Shown piece by piece: positions 47,004-56,676 of a stretch of DNA of 64,000 bases. Every line of letters starts with the position of its first letter. Position 1 is the first letter of the stretch. The position numbers and the translations under genes are program-made. The notes beneath the pieces are model-generated. The model searched no databases. It was given only the letters and a program-made list of their open reading frames with translations, and was not told the origin of the DNA. Source of the DNA: Candidatus Bathyarchaeum tardum (GTDB lineage: Archaea > Thermoproteota > Bathyarchaeia > Bathyarchaeales > Bathyarchaeaceae); assembly GCA_024650005.2 (NCBI GenBank), contig CP122380.1:1056001-1120000 (forward strand), written 5' to 3'.

Positions 47004-48335
47004 TCATTTATTTTTCAATAATTTTTTCATCAGTTGATTTTTGCTCTGTTCTGAAATGATTACTTTGTTGGGTTTTTTGATATAACTAGATTTGTTAATC
47101 AAAATAATTTTGTTTGGTTCTAAATCTTCCTGCAAGTTAACATTAGGTCCAACAAAGCTTTGGGGACCAATTTTTATTCCCGGTTCTATGCAAGAATTGA
47201 TTCCTGTCTTACAATTGTCACCTATTATTGCTCCCAACTTATTTGTTCCCGAGTCTATTCGGTTGTCTGCAATTTTTATTTTGATGTTTTTTTCGTCAAA
47301 CCTGTAGTTTGCTGTTATTGTTCCAGCGCCAAAAAGGCAATTATTTGAAATTATGGAATCTCCAATGTAGTTTGTGTGGAACCAGCAGTTATCCCCAATC
47401 AAAGAATGTTTAATTTCGGTGGCAAAGCCTACGACACAGCCTTGAGCTAATGATGAATAATCCCTGACTAAACTGTTGTTTCCTATAACACAGTTTTTCC
47501 CAATAAAACACGGTCCCCTGATGCAAGCGCCTTCTAGGGCTTTCACTCCTTCAGATATCCATACGTTTCCTTCGATGATTGCGCGGTTAGAAATGTTCAC
47601 GCTTTCATGGATTTTTTGTTCTCTTAATTGGTTATCCATTAAATGATTATTAATTGTGAACAAGTCCCATGGATACTTGTATCCAGCAAAAAAGCCATCA
47701 TAATTTACTGCTTTTACAACATTTTTGTTTTTGATGAACTGCAGTATAGCATCCTCGTATTGATGGTCGGAAACTGGAATCTTTTTGTAATAATCAAAAA
47801 TATTTTTAGTTAAAATGTAAACCCCGACAACCGCTAAATTGCTAGGTTCTCTGCCCTTTGGCGGTTTTTCAACAAAATCTGTTACTTGCTCATTTTCTAC
47901 TTGAATTATGCCAAATTTCCAAGTTTCTTTAACTGATTTGCATGAAAGGATTATTTGGGCGCCAGTCTCATTGAATTTTTTTTTCATGTTTTCAATTAAT
48001 GAAGCTTCAAAAATATCATCAGCGTTCACAACAAAAAAGTTGTCATCTACCAAATCCTTGGTAGTTTGTAAAGCATCTGCCATTCCCAACGATTGCTTCT
48101 GTTCAGCATACTGAATGTTAACTCCGAGTTTACTGCCATCGTTTAGGTAATCTTTGATTTGTTCGCCACAATGACCTACAACGATAACATACTCCTTTAG
48201 ATCAGCTTGCTTGAGAGTATCTATTACATGATGAATCAGGGGTTTTCCCAAAAGTTTGAACATAGGTTTAGGACTGTTTGCTGCAAGTGGAAAAACACGT
48301 TTTCCTTCACCTCCTGCAAGGATAACAGTTTGCAA
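47004..48335 (-). CDS. glmU: Bifunctional sugar-1-phosphate nucleotidylyltransferase/acetyltransferase (archaeal GlmU-like)
   Basis: ILAGGEGKR..PKPM, hexapeptide repeats, YIGDSII, GAGTITANYRFD, KLGAIIGD. Confidence 0.88.
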   Translation of the reverse strand: MQTVILAGGEGKRVFPLAANSPKPMFKLLGKPLIHHVIDTLKQADLKEYVIVVGHCGEQIKDYLNDGSKLGVNIQYAEQKQSLGMADALQTTKDLVDDNFFVVNADDIFEASLIENMKKKFNETGAQIILSCKSVKETWKFGIIQVENEQVTDFVEKPPKGREPSNLAVVGVYILTKNIFDYYKKIPVSDHQYEDAILQFIKNKNVVKAVNYDGFFAGYKYPWDLFTINNHLMDNQLREQKIHESVNISNRAIIEGNVWISEGVKALEGACIRGPCFIGKNCVIGNNSLVRDYSSLAQGCVVGFATEIKHSLIGDNCWFHTNYIGDSIISNNCLFGAGTITANYRFDEKNIKIKIADNRIDSGTNKLGAIIGDNCKTGINSCIEPGIKIGPQSFVGPNVNLQEDLEPNKIILINKSSYIKKPNKVIISEQSKNQLMKKLLKNK

Positions 48336-49736
48336 TCAATCACCTTTCAAAGCTTTTTTCAGTTCTTTGACTGCCAAATCGTAAAGTTCATTTAGTTTTT
48401 CTTCTGTATGCGCCTCTGCTGAAATCCTAATCACTGGTTCGGTGTTAGATGCTCGTAGAATTACCCACCCGTCTTTTTGGATTAATTTAACGCCGTCAAT
48501 GTCCAATGTTTCAAGACCCAAAGCTTTGAATTGGCTACGAACTTTTTCAATTACTGAAAATTTTTTTGTATCAGGGCAATCAAAGTTTTTTTCATAAATT
48601 GACGGATACTGCGGCAAAGCAGAAACAAGTTCAGATAAAGTATTGTCAGTTTTGGATAAAATTTCAGCCAATTTCATGCTTGCAAACACGCCGTCATCCA
48701 TTCCGTAAACATCTGCAAAATAGAAATGGCTACTTTTTTCTCCCCCAAGCACTGCATTTTCCTTAATCATCTTATCCATTATGAAAGTGTGACCCACACG
48801 TTCAACTATGGGTATTCCTCCAAGTTGTTCGACATACTCTTTGATTGCCATGGAGCATGTTAATTCATAGACTACTTTTCCTCCTTTTTGTTTTTGGAGA
48901 ATATCTTTCGCAAAAAGAAGTAACGTTAAATCTCCCGGAATTAAGTTGCCTTTTTCATCAATGAATACTGCTCTGTCACCGTCTCCATCGTAGCCCACTC
49001 CAAAATCTGCTTTGCTGTTAACTACTTGTTTCATTAACTCCCCTAGAGTTTCAGCTTTTGGAACTGGAAGATGGGCAGGAAATGTTCCATCAGGTTCCTT
49101 GTTTAACGTTAATATGTTAACGCCTATTTTTTTAAAAAGTTCTGGAGCAACAAGTCCACATGTACCGTTTGATGTGTCTGCTACGGCCTTAATTTTTTTT
49201 TCCATACTTATTTTGCTTTGAACAAATTTTTGATACTCTTTGATTATGCCATCATGCTTTATTGCTTTGCATTTTGGATTGCCAAAAGATTTGATGCTAA
49301 ACTGTTTAGCGTAATTCTTGACCTTTTCCATGTCTTCGCCATAGATACTTCCTTTTTGCCCCCTGAATGCTTTGAAACCATTCCATTGAGGCGGATTATG
49401 CGATGCAGTAACCATTATTCCTGCATCTTTTTTTAGAATAATTAAAGCAAAATAAAGTAAAGGGGTTGGAAGCACACCCACGTCAGTTACATCCGAAAAA
49501 TTGAGTATACCTGAAAGTAAGGCGTCTCGAAGTTTTTCTCCACTTATTCTAACGTCTCTACCAACTACGAATTTTTTTCCTTCTAATAATTTGCCAAAAG
49601 CTGCTCCAATTTTGGTTGCAACTTCTTCTGTTAGGTCTTCTCCAAAAACTCCTCGGATGTCGTAGGCCCTGAATATGTGATCAAAATCTTTTTTGGTATC
49701 CGTCAAAACTTTTGCCTCTGCTTTTATTTTGGTCAA
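48336..49736 (-). CDS. Phosphohexomutase (PGM/PMM/GlmM family)
   Basis: FRAYDIRG, TASHNP, DGDGDR, GEKSSH, RASNTEP. Confidence 0.93.
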   Translation of the reverse strand: MTKIKAEAKVLTDTKKDFDHIFRAYDIRGVFGEDLTEEVATKIGAAFGKLLEGKKFVVGRDVRISGEKLRDALLSGILNFSDVTDVGVLPTPLLYFALIILKKDAGIMVTASHNPPQWNGFKAFRGQKGSIYGEDMEKVKNYAKQFSIKSFGNPKCKAIKHDGIIKEYQKFVQSKISMEKKIKAVADTSNGTCGLVAPELFKKIGVNILTLNKEPDGTFPAHLPVPKAETLGELMKQVVNSKADFGVGYDGDGDRAVFIDEKGNLIPGDLTLLLFAKDILQKQKGGKVVYELTCSMAIKEYVEQLGGIPIVERVGHTFIMDKMIKENAVLGGEKSSHFYFADVYGMDDGVFASMKLAEILSKTDNTLSELVSALPQYPSIYEKNFDCPDTKKFSVIEKVRSQFKALGLETLDIDGVKLIQKDGWVILRASNTEPVIRISAEAHTEEKLNELYDLAVKELKKALKGD

Positions 49737-49785
49737 CTAACTTAAATTATGATCGATTTATGAATTAAGAATAAAAACAGGTTAA

Positions 49786-50523
49786 TTATCGCTCTTTGGT
49801 TTTTTCTGTGTCAGTGTAGGTCTCATGGATAACTTCTTTTACTTTTTTAGTAATTTTTGGACCCAAACCATTAACATCATTTTGCCACCGGTCTACGTTA
49901 TTTAGGGCATTTAATGGGCACTGGTATGTGTTCAATATGGATACAGCTTTTTCTCTTCCAATATTAGGCAAACTAGCCATAAAAAAAATCTGGGATTCGG
50001 CTAAACTTTCAGTTTTTTTTACAGGATGTATAACTGGAGATCTTTTTTCAACAATTTGTTCTTGTTTGGCTGCGGTGTACAAAAAATCAACTGTTTCTTT
50101 GTAGCTGTTGGTATGCATCAAATTGATTCCTTGTTTGGCGATGGCAAACATTGCACCCCAGACTGATGTGGGTTGAATTTTACTGTATTTGTAAACTATT
50201 GGTAAATATCCTTCAATTAGGATGAAAGGTTTCTCATAACATTCCTGTAAAGTGAACAATTGGTCAAAAAGGAACCTTCGAGTCAGACTATAAACAAAAT
50301 CATTTACTGTTTTTCTTTCAAAAGCACATTGATTTGAAATCACGTAGTCTCCTTTTTCAAGATAACGTATACTGATTTCAGCTCCTTTTTCTTTTAATCC
50401 TTTGATTATTTTCGGGGCTGTTTGTGCTTCTCGGCTGTCAACTATGATTATTGGTTGATTATTTTTTCCCTTTTCTTTAAGAAACGGGATAAGACTCTCA
50501 GCTCCAGACATACAGTTCTCCAT
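49786..50523 (-). CDS. xpf: Short XPF/ERCC4 nuclease with HhH domain
   Basis: VDSRE, GDY..ERKT..D nuclease motif, LPNIGREKA and GLGPK HhH. Confidence 0.88.
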   Translation of the reverse strand: MENCMSGAESLIPFLKEKGKNNQPIIIVDSREAQTAPKIIKGLKEKGAEISIRYLEKGDYVISNQCAFERKTVNDFVYSLTRRFLFDQLFTLQECYEKPFILIEGYLPIVYKYSKIQPTSVWGAMFAIAKQGINLMHTNSYKETVDFLYTAAKQEQIVEKRSPVIHPVKKTESLAESQIFFMASLPNIGREKAVSILNTYQCPLNALNNVDRWQNDVNGLGPKITKKVKEVIHETYTDTEKTKER

Positions 50524-50570
50524 TTAAGCTTAATTATTGGAAGAGTAATAAATAGTAGGGGTTCATCAAA

Positions 50571-51125
50571 ATGTTCAAAGACCGATATTTTGCACTTTTT
50601 GGGATTATTGGACCAGCTTTCGCAATTGTATTAATATTTGTCGCAATAGGGCTATCACCATGGTTCAGTTGGAGCCAAAATGCATTAAGCGATCTTGGGC
50701 ACTCCGTAAAAAGTGCTGTTGCTCCCCTGTTTAATTTTGGCTTGCTTTTGGGTGGATTTTTCATCATCTTGTATTCATTAACTAGTTTTCGAAAAAATGC
50801 AAAAAAAACTAGTTACTTTTTAGCCTTTACTGGATTGTCGCTTCAGTTCGTCGCTACCTTTGATGAGGTTTATGGGACACTGCATTTTTTCGTTTCAGTT
50901 TTATTTTTTTGTTCGCTAGGTTTCGCCTCAACTAGTTACATTCTTGAGAAAAAATCATCTCTAGCTGCTTTAGCGTTAATTATTGGTCTTGCTTCTTGGA
51001 TACTTTATGGTCTAAGTTTTTTCGAGTCTGGAATTGCTGTTCCCGAAACAATTTCATCGGTTGCAACTACTTCATGGGTCATAAAATCCGCTATACGCCA
51101 ACTAAGTTTGAAACAAGCCGCATAA
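50571..51125 (+). CDS. DUF998-like membrane protein
   Basis: SPWFSWSQNALSDLG..LFN, LHFFVS, AVPE motifs. Confidence 0.8.
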   Translation: MFKDRYFALFGIIGPAFAIVLIFVAIGLSPWFSWSQNALSDLGHSVKSAVAPLFNFGLLLGGFFIILYSLTSFRKNAKKTSYFLAFTGLSLQFVATFDEVYGTLHFFVSVLFFCSLGFASTSYILEKKSSLAALALIIGLASWILYGLSFFESGIAVPETISSVATTSWVIKSAIRQLSLKQAA

Positions 51126-51235
51126 TTATACTTGATTTTGCTAAATTTTTATATCTTTCAAAATTTGTAATATTACGAAATTGGCATATTACAATTATTG
51201 ATATATATCATGATTTGGAAACCTTTGTGTGCTTC

Positions 51236-51634
51236 CTAGGATTTCGCTGTTACCGCTTTAACTGGTTTGCTTTGATTATGGTTTTCTGTTCCAATTGGAA
51301 TCCGGTTCAGTCCTATCCTGATTAGTTTACGGCAGATATGGTTTAATGATTCTTCTGTGCCTTTTAGCAGGTTTTTTCCTTCAGGAGTTAGAGAGTACAC
51401 TTTTTTTGGGCGTTCACAGTTTAAATTCCATTGGCTTTCTATGTATCCATTCTCTTCTAGAATGCCAAGCAAAGGATATATTGTACTTGGACCAAAATAC
51501 ACTCCAAAGTTTTTGCGTATGCTTGTAATTATGTTGTATCCATGCATTGGTTTTGTTTTCAAGAATTGCAGTATTACTAGATCAAGAAGGCCTCTCATGA
51601 GTTTTATTTCTACGTCTCTGAGTTTTTCTTTCAT
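51236..51634 (-). CDS. PadR-family transcription regulator
   Basis: LDLVIL..PMHGY..GPSTIYPLL..LE..GYI..KKVYSLTPEG. Confidence 0.92.
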   Translation of the reverse strand: MKEKLRDVEIKLMRGLLDLVILQFLKTKPMHGYNIITSIRKNFGVYFGPSTIYPLLGILEENGYIESQWNLNCERPKKVYSLTPEGKNLLKGTEESLNHICRKLIRIGLNRIPIGTENHNQSKPVKAVTAKS

Positions 51635-51867
51635 TTTGGCATTCCTGTATTATTGCTCAACAGTTCATCAGTTTTACACGGATACGATATGTACTTTTTA
51701 TGACATATTATCAAATCTTATATATGCGGAAACCAGATATAAATCTTCTTGCATCTGCTAAACATAAAAAAGCATATTTGAGCATACGAAAAAAAGTAAA
51801 ATGATTAACAATTTAAATAAATAACATCATCATACTTATCATTTAACTTAACAGGAATCAGAAAAAC

Positions 51868-52215
51868 TTGACTGAAAACCCCAAAAACCAATTTGTTCAA
51901 CGCATAGCCAAAAATTTTCTTGACATATTGATTTTACGGCTCATTCAAACAGAGCCAATGTGGGGCTATAAATTGATAAAAAAAACCAAAACTCTTTTTG
52001 GAATAAAACTACGACACGGAGCCCTATATCCACTTTTAAATAATCTTGAATCAGAAGGATATGCTCAAAGTGAAAAAATAACCATTAAAGGGCGAATACG
52101 AAAAGTTTACTACATCACCCAAAAAGGAACCCAACTCGTTGATGCTTATTATGATTTCCTGAAAGAACAACTAGAAAAATTGGATCTTCAAGAGGAAAAC
52201 AATAATGAAAAATAA
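51868..52215 (+). CDS. PadR-family transcription regulator
   Basis: LDILIL..PMWGY..GALYPLL..LE..RKVYYITQKG. Confidence 0.92.
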   Translation: MTENPKNQFVQRIAKNFLDILILRLIQTEPMWGYKLIKKTKTLFGIKLRHGALYPLLNNLESEGYAQSEKITIKGRIRKVYYITQKGTQLVDAYYDFLKEQLEKLDLQEENNNEK

Positions 52216-53239
52216 TTCTTCACAAGAAGAAGTTGTTGAACAATTACAAAAGCTTCTTTATGACCGCGGAAACAAAGCCCTAGCACTTGCTCAAAAAACA
52301 ATTCTAGACGAAAAAATCGAATCCAAACCAATTAGAGACGCTCTGCTCTATTTTATCAATGATTATTGGAATGACGTCACCCGCCCTGCTTTACTTTCGT
52401 TAGTCTGTGAATCCGTAGGTGGAGATCCCGACTTGACTACGCCTGTTGGTGTTTCAATGACTTTAATTGCCGGGGGAATCGACATTCATGATGACATTAT
52501 CGATGAATCAAAACGCAAAGACTCTAAATTTACTGTTTATGGAAAATACGGCAAAAAAATTGCTCTCCTAGTTGGAGATGCCCTAATGTTTAAAGGGTTC
52601 ACTTTATTGTATGAGACCCTTGGAAAAGGAATTTCTCCAGACCAGATTGCTACTATGAGCAAAATAATTAATCAAACCTTTTTTGAACTTGGGGATGCAG
52701 AAGCTCTGGAACTTGATTTTCGTACCCGTGAAGATGTAACTCCTGAAGAGTATCTTTCTGTAATTCGAAAGAAAGCAGCAGATGTTGAAGCTCATACTCG
52801 AATCAGCGCCATACTTGGTGGGGCTTCTTCAGATGAAATTGAGGCCCTTGCAGAGTACGGTAGGATATTGGGCATGTTAGTGATTTTACGTGATGAAATG
52901 ATTGATATGCTTGATCCAAAAGAGACAATTCATAGAATAAAAAAAGAGCATCTTTCAATGGCAATAATCTATGCTTTGCAGAATCCTGGTATGAAATCTT
53001 CGATATCTAACTTGTTAAACCAAACACGGAACTTGAAGGATGCTGACAATCTTTCCTTGTTAGTTGATGCTGCAGATGGTTACAGTAAAATGAATGCTTG
53101 TATGCAAAGCTTGGCCAATATTGCTTATAGGAAAATAGAAAACGCTAAGTATAACAAAAATCACTTAGCTTTAATTATTCAAGGGATGCTTCTCCCTGAT
53201 TGGAGAAGTTATTTAACGCCAATAAAGTCGGACAGGTAG
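52205..53239 (+). CDS. Divergent trans-isoprenyl diphosphate synthase family protein
   Basis: RP..L, FARM HDDIID, ALLVGD; second motif is RDEMID. Confidence 0.85.
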   Translation: MKNNSSQEEVVEQLQKLLYDRGNKALALAQKTILDEKIESKPIRDALLYFINDYWNDVTRPALLSLVCESVGGDPDLTTPVGVSMTLIAGGIDIHDDIIDESKRKDSKFTVYGKYGKKIALLVGDALMFKGFTLLYETLGKGISPDQIATMSKIINQTFFELGDAEALELDFRTREDVTPEEYLSVIRKKAADVEAHTRISAILGGASSDEIEALAEYGRILGMLVILRDEMIDMLDPKETIHRIKKEHLSMAIIYALQNPGMKSSISNLLNQTRNLKDADNLSLLVDAADGYSKMNACMQSLANIAYRKIENAKYNKNHLALIIQGMLLPDWRSYLTPIKSDR

Positions 53240-53408
53240 TTTCTTCTGCATTTTAATCACGTGTCTATATGTTCTACACATATACCTATATAAGATTTGT
53301 TCAACATATCTACAAAAAACATAATAAATGGATGTAGAATCTGGTTTTATGTTTCTAAATTGTTAATTGTTACGATGTAATCAGTACCTTATGGGCAGTG
53401 CATAGCGA

Positions 53409-54653
53409 ATGCTTAGAACATTCTTAGGTGAAAATACTATCGGCAAAAGAAATTTTCTTGTACTGACCATTCTGTTCTTAAGTGTTTTTGGCTGGTTCTT
53501 TATGACCTTGCCTGTTATTGAACAAATGCTAGGGCCAGATCCTGAATATCAGGTAAATCTTGCTGTCTGGGCTGCATTTTATTTATCGATCATTGGGTCG
53601 AGCATATTAGGTTCTTTGTTTTCACAGAAAATTGGAAAACTTAAATTCATTTATTTGTGGGCTATCCTGGGAGTTGCTGTATCATTTTTGCCTGCAATAA
53701 TTAATACCGCTAGTTTCGAACAGGTTTTTGGGGTTTCTTTGTTTTTGGGTGTCTCTTTTGGTTGGGGTGTGCCTGCATTTTTTGCCTATTTTGTAGAAAG
53801 CACAGTTGTGGAAAACAGGGGGAGAGTAGCTGCAATAACCTTTTTGCTCGCTAACCTTGCTGCTCCATTTCTTTCAATTGTTGCGTCTGAATTTGATTTT
53901 ATGATAGTTACCGTTTTGTTTGCCCTTCTTAGGGGAACTAGTTTGTTCATATTCTTTCTTAAACCCGAAGAACAGCTTTCTTCTGATGTCCCGAAAGATG
54001 TTTCCTTTAGGGAAATTCTAAAAAATCGAACCTTTTTGCTTTATTTTGTTGCATGGTCTATGTTTCCTCTCATTGATAACTTTGAACGAGTTCTTGTAAT
54101 TCCTTTTCTATCCATTAATTATCCCAATTTAGTTAGCGAAATGGGTATTGTTGAACCATTGGTTGCTGGACTTTCTATATTGATTGCTGGAATTTTATGT
54201 GACCGAATTGGAAGAAAAAAAATTGTCCTTTCTGGTTTTGTAGCCATAGGCATTGCATATGGACTGATTGGTATTCTTCATAATATTGAATTCCTGTGGT
54301 ATGTTTATTTCATTGTTGATGCCATTGCTTGGGGAATCTTTTCCTTAATCTTTTTCATCATTTTGTGGGGAGATATTGCCCATACAAAAAACAGCCAGAA
54401 GTTTTATGCCATCGGTAGTATCCCATTTTTTGTTGGTAGCATTTTGCCATACTTATTGCCTTCATCAATAGTTGAAAATATTGAAATTTATGCCACTTTT
54501 TCAGTGGCTAGCCTTTTCTTGTTTGTTGCCGTTATGCCTTTGGTGTTTGCCCCTGAGACTTTGCCTGAAAAGAAAATTGAACTTAGGCGATTGAAAAATT
54601 TTGCTGAAGAAGCAAAGAAAGCTAGAGAAAAGTTCGAACAAAAAAAGAAGTAA
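53409..54653 (+). CDS. MFS transporter
   Basis: 12 TM helices; ENRGR, DRIGRK, PETLP. Confidence 0.88.
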   Translation: MLRTFLGENTIGKRNFLVLTILFLSVFGWFFMTLPVIEQMLGPDPEYQVNLAVWAAFYLSIIGSSILGSLFSQKIGKLKFIYLWAILGVAVSFLPAIINTASFEQVFGVSLFLGVSFGWGVPAFFAYFVESTVVENRGRVAAITFLLANLAAPFLSIVASEFDFMIVTVLFALLRGTSLFIFFLKPEEQLSSDVPKDVSFREILKNRTFLLYFVAWSMFPLIDNFERVLVIPFLSINYPNLVSEMGIVEPLVAGLSILIAGILCDRIGRKKIVLSGFVAIGIAYGLIGILHNIEFLWYVYFIVDAIAWGIFSLIFFIILWGDIAHTKNSQKFYAIGSIPFFVGSILPYLLPSSIVENIEIYATFSVASLFLFVAVMPLVFAPETLPEKKIELRRLKNFAEEAKKAREKFEQKKK

Positions 54654-54663
54654 AAAATAAAGT

Positions 54664-55437
54664 TTAGAATTGTTCGACTTTTGTGGCTATGTTATTTAAA
54701 GTCTCTGTGAATGGATGATCGGGGCGTTCTTCTGAGAATATGAAATTTCCTGCTGCCCGTAGTACTTCGCAGAAACATGGTATTGTTGCTAACACTGGTA
54801 AGCTATGAATTTCTTTGATGCGTTTGTTGAATTTCTTTTCCTCCTCTTTTGAAGATAGGTAATCTGCGATTACTTTGTTGATTAGGATTCCTGTCTTCTT
54901 TTCGAAGAGATCATAAAGTTCATTGGTCATACGTTGGCTGCCGATAATGTCTGATGCATCTAAGCTTGTTACGACTAATACAATATCTGCAGTTACGATT
55001 GCGTTTATGGAAGAATATTGAAGTCCTGGGCTTGTGTCAAAGATTATGTAATCAAAATTGCCTTCGTTAAGAATTGCTGCTCTGAGTGACAGAAGTCTAC
55101 CTAGTGCTTTCATTTCCCATTTTCTGTCTTTTGCGGTCATGTCTCGGATAGCTTCGGTGGTGGGATTTGCTAAGCCTACTGTTAATTTGCCGCCGTTATT
55201 GTGTTGTTTTACGTCCACTAGAACTTTGTCGATTTCGCATACGCCATTAAGGTAATCATTAAGCCAGTGGTCTAGTTTTTCTTTTTTAAATATGGCATGA
55301 AGACTTGGGGCTCGAAAATCCAAATCCATTAAACAGACTTTTTTTCCTCGTCTGGCATATGTAGCTGCCAAGTTTACTGACAGTGATGTTTTTCCAGTTC
55401 CGCCTTTGTATGAATGAATTGCAATTATTTTTCCCAT
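54664..55437 (-). CDS. MinD/ParA-family ATPase (HSYKGGTGKT type)
   Basis: Deviant Walker A KGGTGKT, DLDFRAP, DTSPG, NK motif. Confidence 0.9.
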   Translation of the reverse strand: MGKIIAIHSYKGGTGKTSLSVNLAATYARRGKKVCLMDLDFRAPSLHAIFKKEKLDHWLNDYLNGVCEIDKVLVDVKQHNNGGKLTVGLANPTTEAIRDMTAKDRKWEMKALGRLLSLRAAILNEGNFDYIIFDTSPGLQYSSINAIVTADIVLVVTSLDASDIIGSQRMTNELYDLFEKKTGILINKVIADYLSSKEEEKKFNKRIKEIHSLPVLATIPCFCEVLRAAGNFIFSEERPDHPFTETLNNIATKVEQF

Positions 55438-55441
55438 TTTT

Positions 55442-55813
55442 TTATGTCTCCTCTCTGTCAACGTAGAAGTATGCCTTTCGGCCATCTCGTTCTTTTTTCA
55501 TATATCCCATGATCACAAGTTGGTTTAGGTATCCACTTTCTACTGCTCTTGCTCGTTTTGTTTGTTCTGCTACTTCGTCAGCTGTCGCTTTTTCTAGTTT
55601 GCAAAGAGTAACTGCTGTTTTCCTTAGATGATCAGGAAGGGAAAGTAACGTCATTACATCTAGGGCTTCCGGCAAGTTTTCGGGGAGTTCTTTTTGTCCG
55701 TGTTTTTGTATTTCTATCATTACGTCGATTTTATCGTTGAGTTTCTCAAGGTTCTCTCTAATTTTTTCCAGCAGTTGTGTCGATTTTGTGTCTATTTTCC
55801 GGTAAGCTGCCAT
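55442..55813 (-). CDS. Coiled-coil plus winged-helix DNA-binding protein
   Basis: N-terminal heptads; ATADEVAEQTKRARAVESGYLNQL..GY..RKAYF wHTH; 4 nt from the ATPase start. Confidence 0.8.
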   Translation of the reverse strand: MAAYRKIDTKSTQLLEKIRENLEKLNDKIDVMIEIQKHGQKELPENLPEALDVMTLLSLPDHLRKTAVTLCKLEKATADEVAEQTKRARAVESGYLNQLVIMGYMKKERDGRKAYFYVDREET

Positions 55814-55990
55814 GGTTTTGGTCCTAAATCCATTTTGGGATCTGAACTAATGTACTACAAATAGTTTATTAAATCTTATGATATGATACTTCATATTGTT
55901 AAACTGAAAGTGCAAGTTTGGAAACTTGAACTGAAAAAATTAGTGAATAAAACAAAATAAAAATGTAAAGACAAAGGAAAAAAGGAGTTC

Positions 55991-56287
55991 CTAATAAAGA
56001 GATGCAGGCAATTTTGCCTGTCCTTCTTCAACGACAGGTAGCATTACCTTCAATTCTCTGAAGTATTTTAGAACTTTTAATCCCTTTTCTGAAACAACGA
56101 AAACTATCCTTTTCTTGCCAACGGTTTTTTCCTCTACAAGTTCTTGCTCAATGAGGAAATCTAGGTACTCTTTGAGTACACTGCAGTTCACGTTAGCTTT
56201 GTACATGATGTGCGTTAGCTTAAGTGGACCTTTTTGTGATAATACTCTCAGGATATCGATATACATTTCAAGTTTTGACCTTCGCAA
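55991..56287 (-). CDS. Small winged-helix regulator (HTH_45/DUF4364-like)
   Basis: MRRSKLEMYIDIL..THIMYKANVN..YLDFL..SEKG; paralogue of 9220-9528. Confidence 0.85.
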   Translation of the reverse strand: MRRSKLEMYIDILRVLSQKGPLKLTHIMYKANVNCSVLKEYLDFLIEQELVEEKTVGKKRIVFVVSEKGLKVLKYFRELKVMLPVVEEGQAKLPASLY

Positions 56288-56361
56288 TGTTAACGCCTCT
56301 TGATTTTATGTTCCCAATTTTTGTATATATTATTTATGGATTCTTAATATACTTTTTACAG

Positions 56362-56556
56362 TTATTCAGTATATACTGTAGATTTTGATTGAATTCTCTG
56401 GAAAACGGTTAATCTATTCTGGAATGCAGTAACCATATCATCGGCCAGAATAGTTTGCAATTCTGGTGTAAGTGTATGGATTTCGTTGGTGAATGTTTCC
56501 ATAATCATTTTTTGTAGCCGTTTTCGGCTTTGAATTGAGCCCAATTTTTCCATCAC
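56362..56556 (-). CDS. Small helical hypothetical protein
   Basis: 64 aa, GGAG SD upstream, ILADDMVTAFQNRL. Confidence 0.65.
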   Translation of the reverse strand: MMEKLGSIQSRKRLQKMIMETFTNEIHTLTPELQTILADDMVTAFQNRLTVFQRIQSKSTVYTE

Positions 56557-56676
56557 AATTTATCTCCAAGCTGTATTGACGCTAACTGTGCTTTTGGTAT
56601 TTAACTGTCTTATGAATTCAGCGTTCATATCCAAAATTAGCTGATTTTATGGGAATGCTAGAGGCAAGGTTTTGGT

